Source: Cetorhinus maximus (Eukaryota). From it: DNA of 64,000 nt. Of the stretch, positions 24,665 to 38,447 are shown one piece after another (the stretch's first letter is position 1; each line of letters opens with the position of its first letter). The notes beneath the pieces are model-generated. The model saw nothing but the letters and a program-made list of their open reading frames with translations, ran no database searches and was not told the origin of the DNA. The stretch lies in NCBI RefSeq assembly GCF_964194155.1, contig NC_135893.1, forward strand, positions 61,194,001 to 61,258,000. Direction: 5' to 3'. A program made the position numbers and the translations under genes.

Positions 24665-26400
24665 ATTCATGGGATGTGGGCATCACTGGCTAGGCCAGCA
24701 TTTGTTGCCCATGACTAATTGCCCTTGAGAAGGTGGTGGTGAGCTGCCTTTTTGAACTGCTGCAGTCCATGTTTGTAAGTACACCGAAAGTGCTGTTAGG
24801 GAGAGTGTTCCAGGATTTTGACCCAGCGACAATGGAGGAACGGTGATATATTTCCAAGTCAGGATGGTGTGTGGCTTGGAGGGGACCTTCCAGGTGGTGT
24901 TCCATTGCATCTACTGCCCTTGTCCTTCTAGATGGTAGTGGTCTTGGGTTTGGAAGGTGCTGTCTAAGGAGGCTTGGTGAGTTCCTGCAGTGCATCTTGT
25001 AGAGGGTACACACTGCTGCCACTGGTGGAGGCAGTGGATGGGGTGCCAATTAAGCAGGCTGCTTTGTCCTGGATGCTATTAAGCTTCTTGAGTGTTGTTG
25101 GAGCTGTACTCATCCAGGCAACTGGATAGTATTCCCTCACAATCCTGACTTGTGTCTTGTAGATGGTGGACAGGCTTTGGGGATTCAGGAGGTGAGTTAC
25201 TCGCCATAGGATTCCTAGCCTCTGACCTGTTCTTGTAGCTACAGTATTTATATGACTAGTCTAATTCAGTTTCTGGTCAGTGGTACCCCCTGGATGTTGA
25301 TAGTGGGGGGATTTAGCGATGGTAATGCCATTGAATGTAAAGGGCAATGGTTAGATTCTCTCTTGTTGGAGATGGTCATTGTCTGGTACTTGTGTGGCGT
25401 GAATGTTACTTTCCACTTGTCAGCCCAAGCCTGGATATTGTCCAGGTCTTGCTGCATTTGGACATAGACTGCTTCAGTATCTGGGGAGTCATGTCTGATG
25501 CTGAACATTGTGCAATCATCAGTGGACATCCCCACTTCTGACCTTATGATGGAAGGAAGATCATTTATAAAGCAGCTGAAGATGGTTGGGACTAGGACAC
25601 TAACCTGAGGAACTCCTGCAGTGATGGAACTGAGATAATTGACCTCCAAAACCACAACCATCTTCTTTTTTGCCAGGTATGACTCCAACCAATGGAGAGC
25701 TTTTCCCCCTGATTCCTATTGTCTCCAGTTTTGCTAGGGTGCCTTGATGCCACACTCTGTCAAATGCTGCCTTGGTGTCGAGGGCAGTCATTCTCCCCTA
25801 ACCTCTGGTGTTCAGCTCTTTTGTCCATGTTTGAACCAAGGCTGTAATGAGATCAGGAGCTGAGTGATCCTGGCGGAACCCAAACTGGGTTTCAGTTAGC
25901 AGATTTCTAAGCAAGTGCCACTTGATAGCACGGTTGATGATCCCTTCCATTACTTTGCTAATTGGCCGGGTTGAATTTGTCCTGCTTTTTGTGTACAGGA
26001 CATACCTGGGCAATTTTCCACATTGCCGGGTAGATGCCACTGTTGTAGCTGTACTGGAACAATTTAGTTAGGGATGCAGCAAGTTCTGGAGCACAAGTCT
26101 TCAGCACTATTGCTGGAATATTGTCAGGGCACATAGCCTTTACAGTGTTCAGTGCCTTCAGCCATTTCTTGATATCATGTGGAGTGAATTGAATTAGCTG
26201 AAGACTGGCATCTGTGATGCTAGGGACCTCTGGAGGAGACTGAGATCGATCATGCACTCGGCACTTCTGGCTGAAGGTTGTTGCAAATGCTTCTGCCTTG
26301 TCTTTTGCACTGATGTGCTGGGCTCCCCATCATTGAGGATTGGGATATTTGAGTTGTTTAATTGTCCACCACCATTCACAACTGGATGTGGCAGGACTGC
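24665..26400 (-). mobile_element. Non-LTR retrotransposon RT fragment, same family as 9300-10597
   Basis: PDNIPAIVLKTCAPEL, QFGFR, AFDRVWH, GVPQ, QQDLDNIQAW motifs; frameshifted. Confidence 0.9.
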
Positions 26401-26769
26401 AGACAGACAATTTACCATAGGGTCATGGCATATTTTGAAAGTCCTGAGCATGACCAATTCTTATCTTTCTAAAATATATCTATTCGGGGGATATGGCTGT
26501 CATTGCCATGGCTGGCATTTATTGGCTTCAAGAAAGTGTTGGTGAGCCACAGCCTTGAACTACTGAAGTCTGTGTGGTGAAGGAACTTTCAAAGTGCCTT
26601 TAGGAAGGGAGTTCCAGGATTTTCACCTGGTGACAGTAAAGGACCGCAGTCAATATATGTCCAATTCAGATGGTGTGACTAGGAGGTGATGCTTTTTTGA
26701 TGTGCTTCTCAACAGCTGTAACTTAGGTTTTGTTTATCTAACCTCCTCCATCCCTTTTCTGTATCTCAG

Positions 26770-26902
26770 TACCCTAGGCTCTGACACAACACCGGTTCCA
26801 TCATGGGCATCAGCAGCAAGCAACACATGGGGTACCCTGAAGCAAGCCCTTAAAGGCTTATCTGTGGAGTTTGCATTACTCGCCGATAAAGCTGCACAGC
26901 AG
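26770..26902 (+). CDS. SNX8: SNX8 exon 9 (STLGSDTTPVPSWAS..TWGTLKQALKGLSVEFALLADKAAQQ), GC donor
   Basis: Near identity to SNX8. Acceptor ctcag|, donor CAG|gcaagt, phase 0. Confidence 0.93.
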
Positions 26903-27441
26903 GCAAGTCCAGTAATTAAACACTGCCTTCTGCCACTGGGCTACAAAGAAAGAAAAATCTCTCATTTATAAAGTGCCTTTCATGACTAAGGACACCCCAA
27001 AGCACTTTACAGCCAATGAAGTATTTGTGAAGTGATGTAATGTAAAAAGAAGGCAGCAGTCAGTTAGTGCACAGCAAGATCTTATAGAAACAGTGTGACA
27101 ATTACCAGATAATCTGTCCTGTTAGTGATGTTGGTTGAGAGTTAAATATTGGCCAGGGCACTAAGGGGAACACCCTGCTCTTACTGGAACAGTACCATGG
27201 CATCTTTTATATTTACCTGAGAGGTCAAATGAGGCTTTTGTTTAAGATCTCATCTGAAAGATGCTACCTTCGACAGTGCAGCACACTCTCAGTACTGCAC
27301 TGGGATTGTTGGCCTAGATTTTGGCAAATCAGTTGCGGGTGATGAGTGGATCAGAGACACAGAAGAAGGGACAAATGAACTTTAATTGGAGTATAGAAAC
27401 TTGTTGCACAGTTTCTAAGTTTGATTCCATGCCTTGAACAG

Positions 27442-27510
27442 GGTAAGCGAGAAGAAGAGGAAGTGGTGGAAAAACTCAACCTTTTCCTGGATTTATTGCA
27501 GTCCTACAAG
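27442..27510 (+). CDS. SNX8: SNX8 exon 10 (GKREEEEVVEKLNLFLDLLQSYK)
   Basis: Matches VVEKLNLFLDLLQSYK. Acceptor acag|, donor AAG|gtcagt. Confidence 0.96.
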
Positions 27511-27716
27511 GTCAGTGTTACTACTGTGAATTACGTTTGAAGCGTGTCTGAGCTGCATTCCTAATGGGTCAGTCAACATGCAGAAATGGAGATGGGTTTT
27601 TCTTTCAGATATAATCCTTCAAGTTTTGATGATTGGATACACCCTGTGATTTAAGCATTTATTTTTAATTTAGTTTAGCCATAGTGCTGCATGCTATTCC
27701 AAGCATGAAGGCTGGC

Positions 27717-27800
27717 CTGGCCTACTGACTGTTGACAGTTCCCCATTCCAGTGCTCTGGCCTACTGACTGCTGAGAGTTCCCTATTCCAGTACTCTGGCC
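27717..27800. repeat. 39-bp tandem duplication
   Basis: 'ctggcctactgactgttgacagttccccattccagtgct' about 2.2 copies. Confidence 0.85.
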
Positions 27801-27983
27801 AGCATTGGTGACCCATCTGACCAACTGGCAATAGGAGGGAGCTGATGATGTACCTGCAGGACAAGACAAAATGGAAATTGTTTAATTTTTGGTCAGTTGT
27901 GGGAATGTATTATTCATTTTAGAGGTTACTTCAATCTCCTAAATTGAAGTTGAATTGCCTGTATTTGGACTTCTTGCTTTCAG

Positions 27984-28133
27984 GATTTGTGCGAGCGTCA
28001 TGAGAAAGGTGTCCTTCATGAGCACCAACGAGCGTTGCAGAAATACAGCTCCATGAAACGGCAGATGATGAGTGTAACTGTGCAGAACAAGGAGCAAATT
28101 TCTGTGGAGCAACTGGAGTCACGAATTGTGCAG
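27984..28133 (+). CDS. SNX8: SNX8 exon 11 (DLCERHEKGVLHEHQRALQKYSSMKRQMMS..VEQLESRIVQ)
   Basis: Matches SNX8. Acceptor ttcag|, donor CAG|gtgctc; 150 nt. Confidence 0.96.
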
Positions 28134-28519
28134 GTGCTCTACTCCTTTTTCATGTTTGCTGTTGTAGACTAGTCCAATCAAGTTTAGTATAACCTAATGA
28201 GTTTTAGCTGGCTCTTGGATTAAGGGTGGACCCCCAACAAAAATGAGGGGGTGTTGGTTCGATGAAGAGAAACTGAATTATGGGAATGAGTTGAAGATTT
28301 AATGATTGCACTGGGTGCTAGTTTTGTGAGTATGGAAGGTGTGTAATATGAAGCAATTGGAACACAGAAGAATTCTGAGTCCAAGCCTGCCCTTGACATC
28401 AAGAGAATGGTCATAAGCAGCTCTTGTCATGTGTTGAGGTCCATAAGTACAGGGCTCCTCAAAGAAAGTAAATCCATATTGGTGGTTGAATGATGTTGAG
28501 TTGGGGTTTTCAAACGACA

Positions 28520-28910
28520 ACAACTTGCATTTATATGGTGCCGTTAGCAAAGTGTCCCAAGGTGTTCCATAGGAGCTTAAGCAAACAAAGTTTGACAGCT
28601 AGCCACATAAGCTGCTTTTCGGGTAGAGGTAGGTATTAAAGAGCATCTTATAAGAAAAGAGAGCATGAGCAGCAGAGAGGTTTAAGGAGGGAGTCTTGCG
28701 CTTTAGGGCCTTTGTAGCTGAAGGCACATCTGCCAACGGTGGAATGATTAAAATTAAGGATGTGCAAGAGTTGAAGGATTGCTAAGATCTCGGAGACTTT
28801 TAGGGCCAGAGGAGGTTACTGAGATAGGGAGAGACAAGGCCATGGAAGGTTTTGTACACAAGGATAAAAATTTTAAAATTGAGGAATTTCTGGACAGGGA
28901 GCCAATGTAG
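28520..28910 (-). mobile_element. L2-type LINE 3' end; similar copies at about 15350(+), 38530, 40215 and 41605
   Basis: Tail 'caacaacttgcatttatatggtgcc' and body 'ttagggcc..agctgaaggcac..ccaacggtgg' recur across the window. Confidence 0.65.
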
Positions 28911-29413
28911 ATCTATTGAAAAAGTGATTGTGGGTAGAAGCGGGGCGGGTGCATGATGTGGAGTTTTGAGGTCCTGGGAAAGAACAAATTAAATTGAGAC
29001 GATTAAGGGAGGCGTTTGGCTATTTAGGAAATATTGGAAGAACTCAGCAGGATGAGGCCCTTCAGACTAATCCTTCAGTAATGGGTTGGGCGGGGGAGGG
29101 AGTGGTGATGGGCTGGTGGAAGATAAGGCACAAGGTGTGATTATCTTTCTGTCCCTCCTGTCATTTTCCCCCCACGCCTCCCAACTCCCATTTCTAATCT
29201 TTCTGTGGAGCAGTGGCTGTCATTAAGGCCATAAATATTTTAAAAATAGTCTGGAGTTTGAGATGTCATAAAGGTGGTGGCCTCCCATCAGAATGGCAAT
29301 AAACTGCTGGTAAATTCTGTTGAGCTGGGGCAGGTGGAATGTTACCTCCAGGCACTTTTGTAGTCTTTGTTCCTTTTTCACTAATATTGCCTTCAACTAT
29401 GACCTCATTTCAG

Positions 29414-29563
29414 CAAGAAAATACAATCCTGACCATGGAGCTCCGGAACTATTTCTCAATGTTTTGCCTGCACCAGGAGACTCAACTTATCCACACCTAC
29501 CTGCATATCACCTCCCATGTGCTGACTGCCTTCATTGATTCCCAAATCCAAGGGCACCGAGAG
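29414..29563 (+). CDS. SNX8: SNX8 exon 12 (QENTILTMELRNYFSMFCLHQETQLIH..SQIQGHRE)
   Basis: Matches MELRNYFS..CLHQETQLIH. Acceptor ttcag|, donor GAG|gtatgg. Confidence 0.96.
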
Positions 29564-29962
29564 GTATGGCTGGACCTGCAGTAGTGGCTAATGTATTTTC
29601 TTGTTATTTCTCCTCCTATCCTTGCTAAGGACTTGTGTACCCTCACGGTTGTGTGTGTGCTACCTGCCCTCCGGTACCTGGCCCATATGTCCATTCAGGC
29701 ACAAGCCTAAGAATGTTTGGCTGCTCAACTGTATGAGGTATCACCACTGAGTCCGATCCTTTCTACACATTTTTGCTAATGCTTGCCAGTTCCCTCAATA
29801 GATTTAATGGTTGGTGGCTCTGGAGGTTCTAATTTCACCATAACATTTAGTATTATGAAATATTGCAGCATCTTGGAATCTCCTTCAATGCTATTTTAAA
29901 CTACTGGTTGAATTAGTAGTTACTGGCTTGTGATTTGTATGTGTTTTTTTTTCCCTGCTTAG

Positions 29963-30082
29963 ATGAGTGAGGTGTGGAATGACTTGAAACCAAAGCTGGG
30001 AGGCCTTCTGCCCAATGGAATGCCATCACCCCCTCTGTCCCCAGGAAATTGGCAGAGCCCAACCTCCTTTTTCCCACAGTGA
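29963..30082 (+). CDS. SNX8: SNX8 last coding exon (MSEVWNDLKPKLGGLLPNGMPSPPLSPGNWQSPTSFFPQ*)
   Basis: Acceptor cttag|; VWNDLxPKL conserved; TGA at 30080-30082. Confidence 0.93.
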   Translation: MSEVWNDLKPKLGGLLPNGMPSPPLSPGNWQSPTSFFPQ

Positions 30083-33000
30083 ATTGAGATGTTCCTGCGT
30101 TTTTGATGGACAATTAAGTTTTTTCTTACCTCTTCCATGAAACATTCCGGATTCCTTTCTTACTAAAGGATGTTATCCAGAGTATGGTTTAAAATTGGTT
30201 ACTAAACCACAGCGACGCAAAGTTAAGTGATTGGAAAGCCAACCCATTTGTGTTGGACCAAGTGCTGCTGTTTAAGCAGAGATATTGGACCATTGAATTG
30301 AGTCTCTTCTCCCTTTGTTAATTGTCATTGTGTGGATTTATGGCCAATGTTTGATGTAATTGGAGCACGACTACATTGAAGTAATTGGGAAATTGTCTTA
30401 GTTTAGTTTAAGAAAATATTTAGAGTTGTCCTCGAAATAGTCACAGTGCCTCAGTGGGGATGGGAAACAGCTTTGGCAGAACTTCCCCCTCTCAGAAATG
30501 TAGCTAGGATCCAGATTACCCTGAGGTGCTTTATTCTAACTTCCTGGTAACTGTGTGCAGGCTATCAATCAATAAGCAATGACTATATCATTGAATGTTA
30601 CTTCTAACGCTGCTGGAAGAAATTACATTATTCTTCCCTTGTTTCACCTGCTTGAATAGCGCTGCTGGTTAATTGCGAAGACCTCTTGAGATGTGGTTCT
30701 AATCCTGGGGGGTTGGCAGCAACAAGTGGTACTTTGGTAGACCTGCTGAGGCAATCAAGAGTTTTATTCTTGGGGCTGTGGTGAGTCAGAACTAGTCCCA
30801 TTGCTTGCTTTTGAACAGTATATTCTATTTCATTCTCTTCTCCTCAAACCAGTAAATAAAGCTGAAGGATCTGATTAGAGAAACTATTCACTTTTGGTTT
30901 ACTTGAACCTAATGGGAGTCTGGTTTAAAAATGGACTGTTTAAGATTTGCAGATCTTGCTCCCAACTGCAATCTCTGCAGCCTAGAATGTTCACTTGGAC
31001 CCTAAGCCAACATGGATTTAAAGATGTATTGGCAATTGTGCCCGATGTGTACTCGTACTGATTTTGGTGTGAATGCACTTAATTGTTTTGATTGGAACTT
31101 TCCATTGCATTAACACTCCAATTGCACATGTCTAAAGAATTTTGTGAAGGTGCAAAGCAAAACCAAGTCTGTAATCTTGTTTGTGAGCAAAATCATGTCT
31201 TGTTAAAATGTCTTGTGGTGTGAATTCAGCTTAATTTCTTCCCTCCTCCAACTGCACGGAGGTTCTGCTCTGTAGAAGATCAAATTGTTGGCTGCAGATA
31301 TATATGTTGTACAATGCCCCTTGCAAATTGAAATTATAGCTTTTTTTTGTTTTTTGAAACTGTATATCGATTTTCACTTCAGTGTTGTGGACTGGAAGCT
31401 CAGCTTTTGAACAGTCGCATATCTGAAATACTTTTACACCTCTGAGGGTTTTGGAGAGGGGCTGAAGTGCTGGCCTCTGAAAGCACAACGGGAAATTCCA
31501 ATTTATACATGGAACTACAATCCTTTTTTAAGGTTTTGAGGATTTTTGTTAGGAATTGGCTGATTCCTCACAGAAAGCTATTCAATTATTATTTTTTAAA
31601 AATCCGAAATAATTTTAAGGATTTTTAAAATGGGCATATCTGGGTGTATAAATATGAGAATAGCAAGCTTTGGAAAAACAGGTTTGTCAGCATTTTTAAA
31701 AAGGAAAATAACCTTTTTGAATATAGACCTTTTAGACCAAATCCAGAATGGATTCACCTGAAATGTTAAGCAGTCTCCACAGATCACTGTATTGCGACCA
31801 TTTGAATGCAATAACTGACAGGGGCTATGTTGTCTACAATGTAGCACATTGATAGAACTCTTTACAAACTACTAACTCAATGGGGGTCACCTAAATCATG
31901 AGACATTTTCATGTAGATTATCAATGTCCCTTGAACTCCAGGACCTTGTAAAAACAGAAACAGATGCCATGCTGTAAACTCCCTCTATCTTGTGTGTGTT
32001 TTGTTCTGTTTTATAGCTGTTGCACAAGTTCCCAGGGTTTTTTGACAGTAATGTGAGGTCAAAATGGTGAAGTCAACCTTTGGGTGTTGGGGTGAGTGTT
32101 GATGAAGGACTCTTGGGTAGGATTGCAGGTTGATCTTGTAGAAAACACATTTATTGTACTTTATCTTGAACTGGTTTGGAATCAGGTTAAGCCTGTGAAA
32201 TCCAAATTTCCCTCAATTTGAGGGGAAAAGTTAATCAACTCTCTAAATTCGCAGTAGATTAGGAGGCAAGTGTCTTTGTCACAAAACTTGGAGACACAGG
32301 CCTTCATTATTTATATACACCCAGTAATTATTATTGCTACTGGTGTTAGCGTTCACAGTAAGAATACACTAGAATCCTGTAATTTCACAAAGTATTTGAA
32401 TCTTACCTTAAACCCTGTCATTGAGGGTTGGGAGAAATAATATCCATTTTGAAACTTCCTGTGGAAGTAATTTTTTTCAGCAACCTTTTCATTTCCTTAT
32501 CCAAGTTTTGAGCATGTTGGATTGTAACCAAATTTCCTACAACACAGCAGTGATTACACTTCAGAGAGTATCTCTTTGACTGTGAAGTGCTTTGTGATAT
32601 CCTAAGCTTTTGAGAGGCGTTACAGAAATTTGGTTTTTACTTTTTCCCCTCAACCTCTTGCCCTCCCTAACAACTAAAGCTTGTAAAATGAGTGTGGAAG
32701 GACTGAAACTCATTGGGATTGTTGTTTTGAAATGCCTCCAGTTCATAAAAAGATGTCACCTTTTCCATGGTGCACTACACCAGAGAAATACATGCAACAT
32801 GATGCTTATTCCAACTACAAAGTAATCAGCTTTTCTGCCATCCAGAATGTTGGTGTGTGGGTTTCATTTTGTTCTCTCCCTCCCACACTTAGTTCCTGAA
32901 TTTCCCTCCCTCTCATCCTTGATTTGGGTGATAGCTGAGCCTACTCACTCTCGGCAAGAACTTGAGAGAGGCAGCACAGAAGTAGTCATTGGGCTCCTTT

Positions 33001-36000
33001 TATGTGTTCGCTAATCCTAAACAAAGGGTTTAACAGTTAAACAATTTAGCTATCAACCATCAATTGATACAAGTGCCCAGCACAAATGTTTCTCCAGTGA
33101 CTTTAATGATGGTCTTTCAGGCTCTGGTAATCTTGCCTATTTGCTGGCTGAAAGCTCCTCAGTCCTGTACTGATGTAGTTCTTTCCAGCAGCCTATTTTA
33201 AAATGGGTGATATGCGGCCAAAGGCAACGCGTTCCTGCTGGATTTTTAAAATATTACAAACGGGGAAACTCCATATCTCTTTCGTTGCACTGTATTAATA
33301 TCCTGTCATTTACTTCTGCTAAAAATCCCCTTGCACTACATTTTGAGGAAGAGCACGGTAGTTCTGGCCAATATTTATTTCTTAATCAGCATCATTATTT
33401 AAAAAAATAAACCGGTGATCAGGTCATTATTTCATTGCTGTTTGTGGGAGCTTGCTGTGCTCAGTTTGGCTGCTACATTACTTATATTACAGCAGTGACC
33501 ATACTTAAAAAAATACTTTGCTTGTAAAGCACTTTGGGATATCCTGCAGTCATCAAAGGTTTCTACAAATGCAAGTCTTTTTACACAGGAGACCAAAAAA
33601 ACCCAGTGAATGTTTCCCTGTTACTGACTGGGGAAGAGCTGTCCTGCAGGCACCTTTTAGAGCTTTCATTTCCTGATTGTGTTGCTGACTAACTTGGCAT
33701 GGGTAACAGAATTATTGATGCGCTGAGCATTAAGCCACAAAAAGGTCCTCCAGGAATTACTAAAATTAGATTTTTTTTTTGTACTTTGCCATTTCTTGAT
33801 TTATGAAGGAGCCTGGAATGCTGACTTTTCATGTTTTGTTTGTGTATTTCCACCCAGTGGTGGCAGGATGCCTTTGAGATTGTGCGAAGTGATCCTTTTG
33901 TCACCAAATCAATGGCTGCTCCGAGTAAGGACTAAACATTCTACTTTTGAGGAAGCTGGCGGGAGGTGCCTGGAATGGGATATCAGAGAGGAGCCTTTAC
34001 TTATATTTTTCCTTGAATATAATTGAGCTTGCCGAGCCCTGAGATAGGGAGATGCCCCTTTCCCTTCACCCAAATGTGCTTTAAAACGTTCAGTTGAAAT
34101 ATCTGTTTTATTTGCGACAAAGTCCATTAATCAGAGTGCTGATTGATACCAGTCAGAGTTGGAGGTGGGGCAGGGCTCACAGCAAACATTTGATTTTTAT
34201 AGCAAAGCATATTCATTGAGCGGAGTCTACAGAGTTTATTTGAAGAATTTATGAATTATAACAAATGACCCATGACCAAAACTGCAACGACCGTCTCCTG
34301 GTAAAAGCAAGGTAATTTCTCCAGCAAAATGCAGTGAATGGAGGATAGTTTCAGAATACAAATTGTGTGTAAAATCAATTTGATTCATTTTCAGTGAAAT
34401 CTTCAGGCGTGATTGAAGGGAATTATCCAATCATCTCTCTTCTGGCTGGGAATAGTGACGTCACTGTATGCAGTCCCTGTTAATCAGGAGATTCCAATGT
34501 AAGACTCCACAATGGCCTTAAGTCTCTGTCTTCCTGGGGACTGGGTGCTCCCAATTGCTGTTTCATCTCTGACGCCTTGATTTAAGTTTATTGCAGTTTG
34601 CCTACGTGACTTATGTCCCATTCTCCGGACAGGGTTTGAGTGTAAATTTCGTTCATAGTAGAAATTATTTCTAAATTGGCATTAGAAATTGACCAGCTCA
34701 CTTGAGGTCCCAGAACTGGGTATTTGAAGAAATTGAAACCTCCAACTGAAACTGCTGGAGAGTTTGAAGCTAACACACCTTGCTTTGGGCAGAGGGACCT
34801 TACAAATTAACTGGCTGGATACCTGACCAAGGAGTTCTTGACAATGTACCTAACCTCCCCAAAAAAACTTCACAGACAGCAAATGAGTTTTCTCATTACG
34901 GCTGAAAAAAAGTGGATGTTTTAAGTAGAGGAGCAGCATGGAGAATTGTATTAAATAAGTGTGCTTTATAGAGAATTACCTCAGATGGAAATAATCAGAT
35001 TTAATGAAGAAAATTTATCAATTGGATTACTTAGCTCTGCAAAAGAGGTAAGACCCAGCAACATTTTTCTGAGCAATATGCACATCTTTCCTTTAACGTG
35101 ATTTAGAAAAATTATAATGTATAGCCTTTGATCTCCCAATCGGGCTGATTGTGGGTTGGGAGCTGTAACTGATTTCATCCCCATGTTCTTTTACTGTCAG
35201 TTTTTTTTAAAGAAGCAATGAAGACATTTTGGTGAGGGCGGGGGGAAGGAAGGAAAGAAAGGAGGAGAGAATCGGTGGCTCAGGAAATTGTTTCATGCGA
35301 GATGTTTATAGGGAAGGATGTTAAAATATAAATGGTTCTTGCTAATCTGGAGAGTTGTGTTGATTATCTACATGGTATATGCTTATAAGGTAAGATATTA
35401 TACAATCTGCTCAATCAGTTGGAGGCGTTTAATATTTGATGCACTTTACTGAATAACATTGATATTAAAATTTTTCAGATTATATACAGAATATGAAGCA
35501 AACTCATTGGTTTGCAATATATATTTACTGTGTATAAGAATAGTCTACAATAAATTATGTAAACCTCTGGAATGGTATGTCTTCTGTGTTCTAAGCAGTT
35601 GCTCATTAAGAAATTCAATTTTTTTTAACAATATAACTGAGTAAATGAGAACAGCCCCGATTACAAGAGAGGACTAAAACAATCCTCCATAGAGTTTGTG
35701 GGACAGATGCAACTATCTAGAAGACTGTATTTAGATTGAACAACACAATGGGTGCTCAAGTTTCTTTGAGCCCTACATAGGGGAGGATCTTGGAAAAAGC
35801 AGGGAGGGGGATTAATTGGCTAGCTCTTTCAAATTACCAGCACATCCATTCTATGAACTATGTGTCTGGCTGTCTAATATAATTGTACACTTAGGAGAAT
35901 GTTTGGAATTAAGGAGATTACACTCCAGATCTAATGTAATGCAATAAGATGGATGGTGTTCATTCTAATTCAACTCTCTAACCCTTTAATGGAATGGTGG

Positions 36001-37242
36001 AATGAACGAAGCCCCTGGTGAGAGATTCTGCCATCAGTGTCCAGCATCGCTAGACCTTTTAATCTTTGTATCCTTAAATATATTTGGTCAGTAGAATTTA
36101 TTTCCAGATTTTCCTAATACATGACAAGAAGGAAGGGGAAATTCTGATTTATTTTGTAACCTGCTACCCACATTAGAGCTGAAAGTTTAAGATTTAGTTT
36201 TGAATTGATTATAAGAGCTGCTCTTTGGCATTATAACATCACCAATGTATCAACATGTGCAATATGGTGGTGCTTACATACAAAACCCTTGTAATTCCCA
36301 CATCTTTCGAATTATCTGTTGTGAGGACACACACTGATATTGGGCTGTAGTTTCACATGCCCATAGCTCTCCGGTACTTCTTCCAAAAGATCAATTGTGC
36401 CACCCGGACAGCAAGTCTTTGAACTAATCTACCACAACAAGCATTACTCCAACTCCTGATCCCTGTACTTTGCAGCAGCACTCTAGGTTTGCTCCCTTTT
36501 CATTGTAGATAGAATTCCCCCTGTAGCTATGGCAATGAGAGTATGTGGCCCTTACCAACCAGCCAGGTCTCCATCAATATCAACAGGGCATGAACTGTGA
36601 GTGCATGTCTGAGACACAGTTATTCTGTGCGTTAAGGGTTGGGGAATGCCCTGGCCAGGATGGGAGGGAGATTCCTGTTGCAAACCCCCCATCCCTTGCT
36701 TTCTCTCCACAAGTTGCTGTTTCGACCCTCAATCCAGAGTGTGGTCAACACTTTAATCTCTTCTGCTTTCCTTCCCCTTCCTGCCCTGTATGCTCCATTC
36801 ACTCTAAGGAACAAGACTCCAGATATGATTCAGCTAGGGTATGCACGCCTAATCCTCCACCTCCTCTTCTCACTTCTCTTTCCTTGCCCTCCCTGTTGAA
36901 TTTATTTATTTTCATGTGAACACCTTTTGGGAGCCTGAATCCAACTCTGGTTGTCTCGGTGAGATCACCCCAAAAGGGGGGCATGCAGGATACTGAGGAA
37001 ATAAACCAGTGCTTGCGGTGAGTGAAATGGCTTCTGTACTCGGCTTTGTGAAATTATGTTGCCACCCACCTCATTTCCTGCTCTTAAGTCATTGTGATGA
37101 AAGAGGGAAGGGATGAATAACAGTTGGAGTTTAATGTAAGAGATTTATGCACTTGTGCAAAGATTTGGCACGGTTTAAGAATAAAGGAAAAGATTGCTGG
37201 CATTGGGTTTTGAGTTAGATTGTTGACAAATAACTGCCCTTT

Positions 37243-37260
37243 TGCACCACCTAGTGGCCA
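37243..37260 (-). promoter_or_regulatory. CTCF-binding motif between the convergent SNX8 and NUDT1 3' ends
   Basis: Reverse complement TGGCCACTAGGTGGTGCA fits the core CTCF consensus TGGCCACYAGRKGGCGC. Confidence 0.6.
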
Positions 37261-38256
37261 ATTTCAGAGAGGCACTTAGAATATCTCCCCTTGTCCTCTC
37301 CAAAGACTGGGAGAAACTTTGGGAGTTTCCTCCTTTTTAAAAAAAAAATCAGTATTATAAAAAAGAAAGCAAATTTGCTTGTGACCATGAATACAAATCG
37401 CAGTCTAGAAAAAACACATTTTATATTACAGCAAATGGATCATTCAATCTATATGGAATCTGAACAACATCCAGTAACAAGCCTCCAAATCTCTACATAC
37501 TCCATAATTTGTTGTCCAGGTATCACATTAAGGCAATGAGCTTCCACTTGTGTCCAAATCATCTTAAAACTATCCAACTCACTTGTATTTTCCGCTACCG
37601 TACAAATACACCGCAGAGATTTTCTTGCTACTGTTCAAACGATGTGATGGATCACATGGGGTGGGGTAGGGAATATTGGAAAATTGGGTGTCATTCTTGA
37701 ACAATGTGTGTATCAACCCCACCTGATTATCCTATAATTGCTGTGCTGAAGCATTCCAGTGCAGCAAGACACAGACCCAGGATCAGGGTTGTAAACTCTC
37801 CTGGATTGACTTGGCAGTGATTAATCTTTAAATTCCAAGAGTGGCATAAATGAAAAATTATTGGAGTATCAGGTAGCCCAAAAGCAGTTTAATTGACGAG
37901 CCAAAAATCATCAAATCAGGTAATGAATTGATTCTCTAATTGGTATGGGAAAGGAAGATGGATGTGTTGGGTGATTAATGGTGGGAGTGTGAAGGTGGGG
38001 CAGTTGGAGGCACAAGGATGTGATGAAATCTCCTGGAGTAATCCAAGTAGAGTTGCTTACTCGAGGTTAAATCAGCTATTAAACCTCCAGAGCAAAATTA
38101 TAAAAATATCAACAGGATTTAATTCTTCCACTGAAAAGAAAATTGCAACAGCTATTGGTAACAGTTTGCTGCTGTGTATGTCCGTAGTTTCTCAACGTTT
38201 GTTAAAAGTTCCCTCAACCCCCATCTCCCTGTACTTCAGAGTGCAAATTGTCTGAA

Positions 38257-38447
38257 TCAGGACTCTTTGTCAGCTTCTAGCTCATCCACTTCCTGCAGTG
38301 TGTATTCTAGGATGGTGTTATGTCCTTTGAACTTGAAATGACCCTTGAATTTCTTCTTCTGGAGCAACAGAGGGAACCAGAAAATGTCATCGGCCCACAT
38401 CTTGTCAAACGGAACCTTGTCCAGGTCGAACCACTGCGGGCGCATCT
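38257..38447 (-). CDS. NUDT1: NUDT1 last coding exon ([54 protein letters not shown])
   Basis: MTH1 C-terminus with the W-x-D-D substrate pocket. Acceptor ttcag|; stop TGA. Confidence 0.96.

Noticed and set aside
27440-27448. cag|G-GTAAG, a donor-like motif at the start of SNX8 exon 10
   Set aside because: Explained by conserved Gly-Lys codons and offset by 1 nt from a true recursive AG|GT site.
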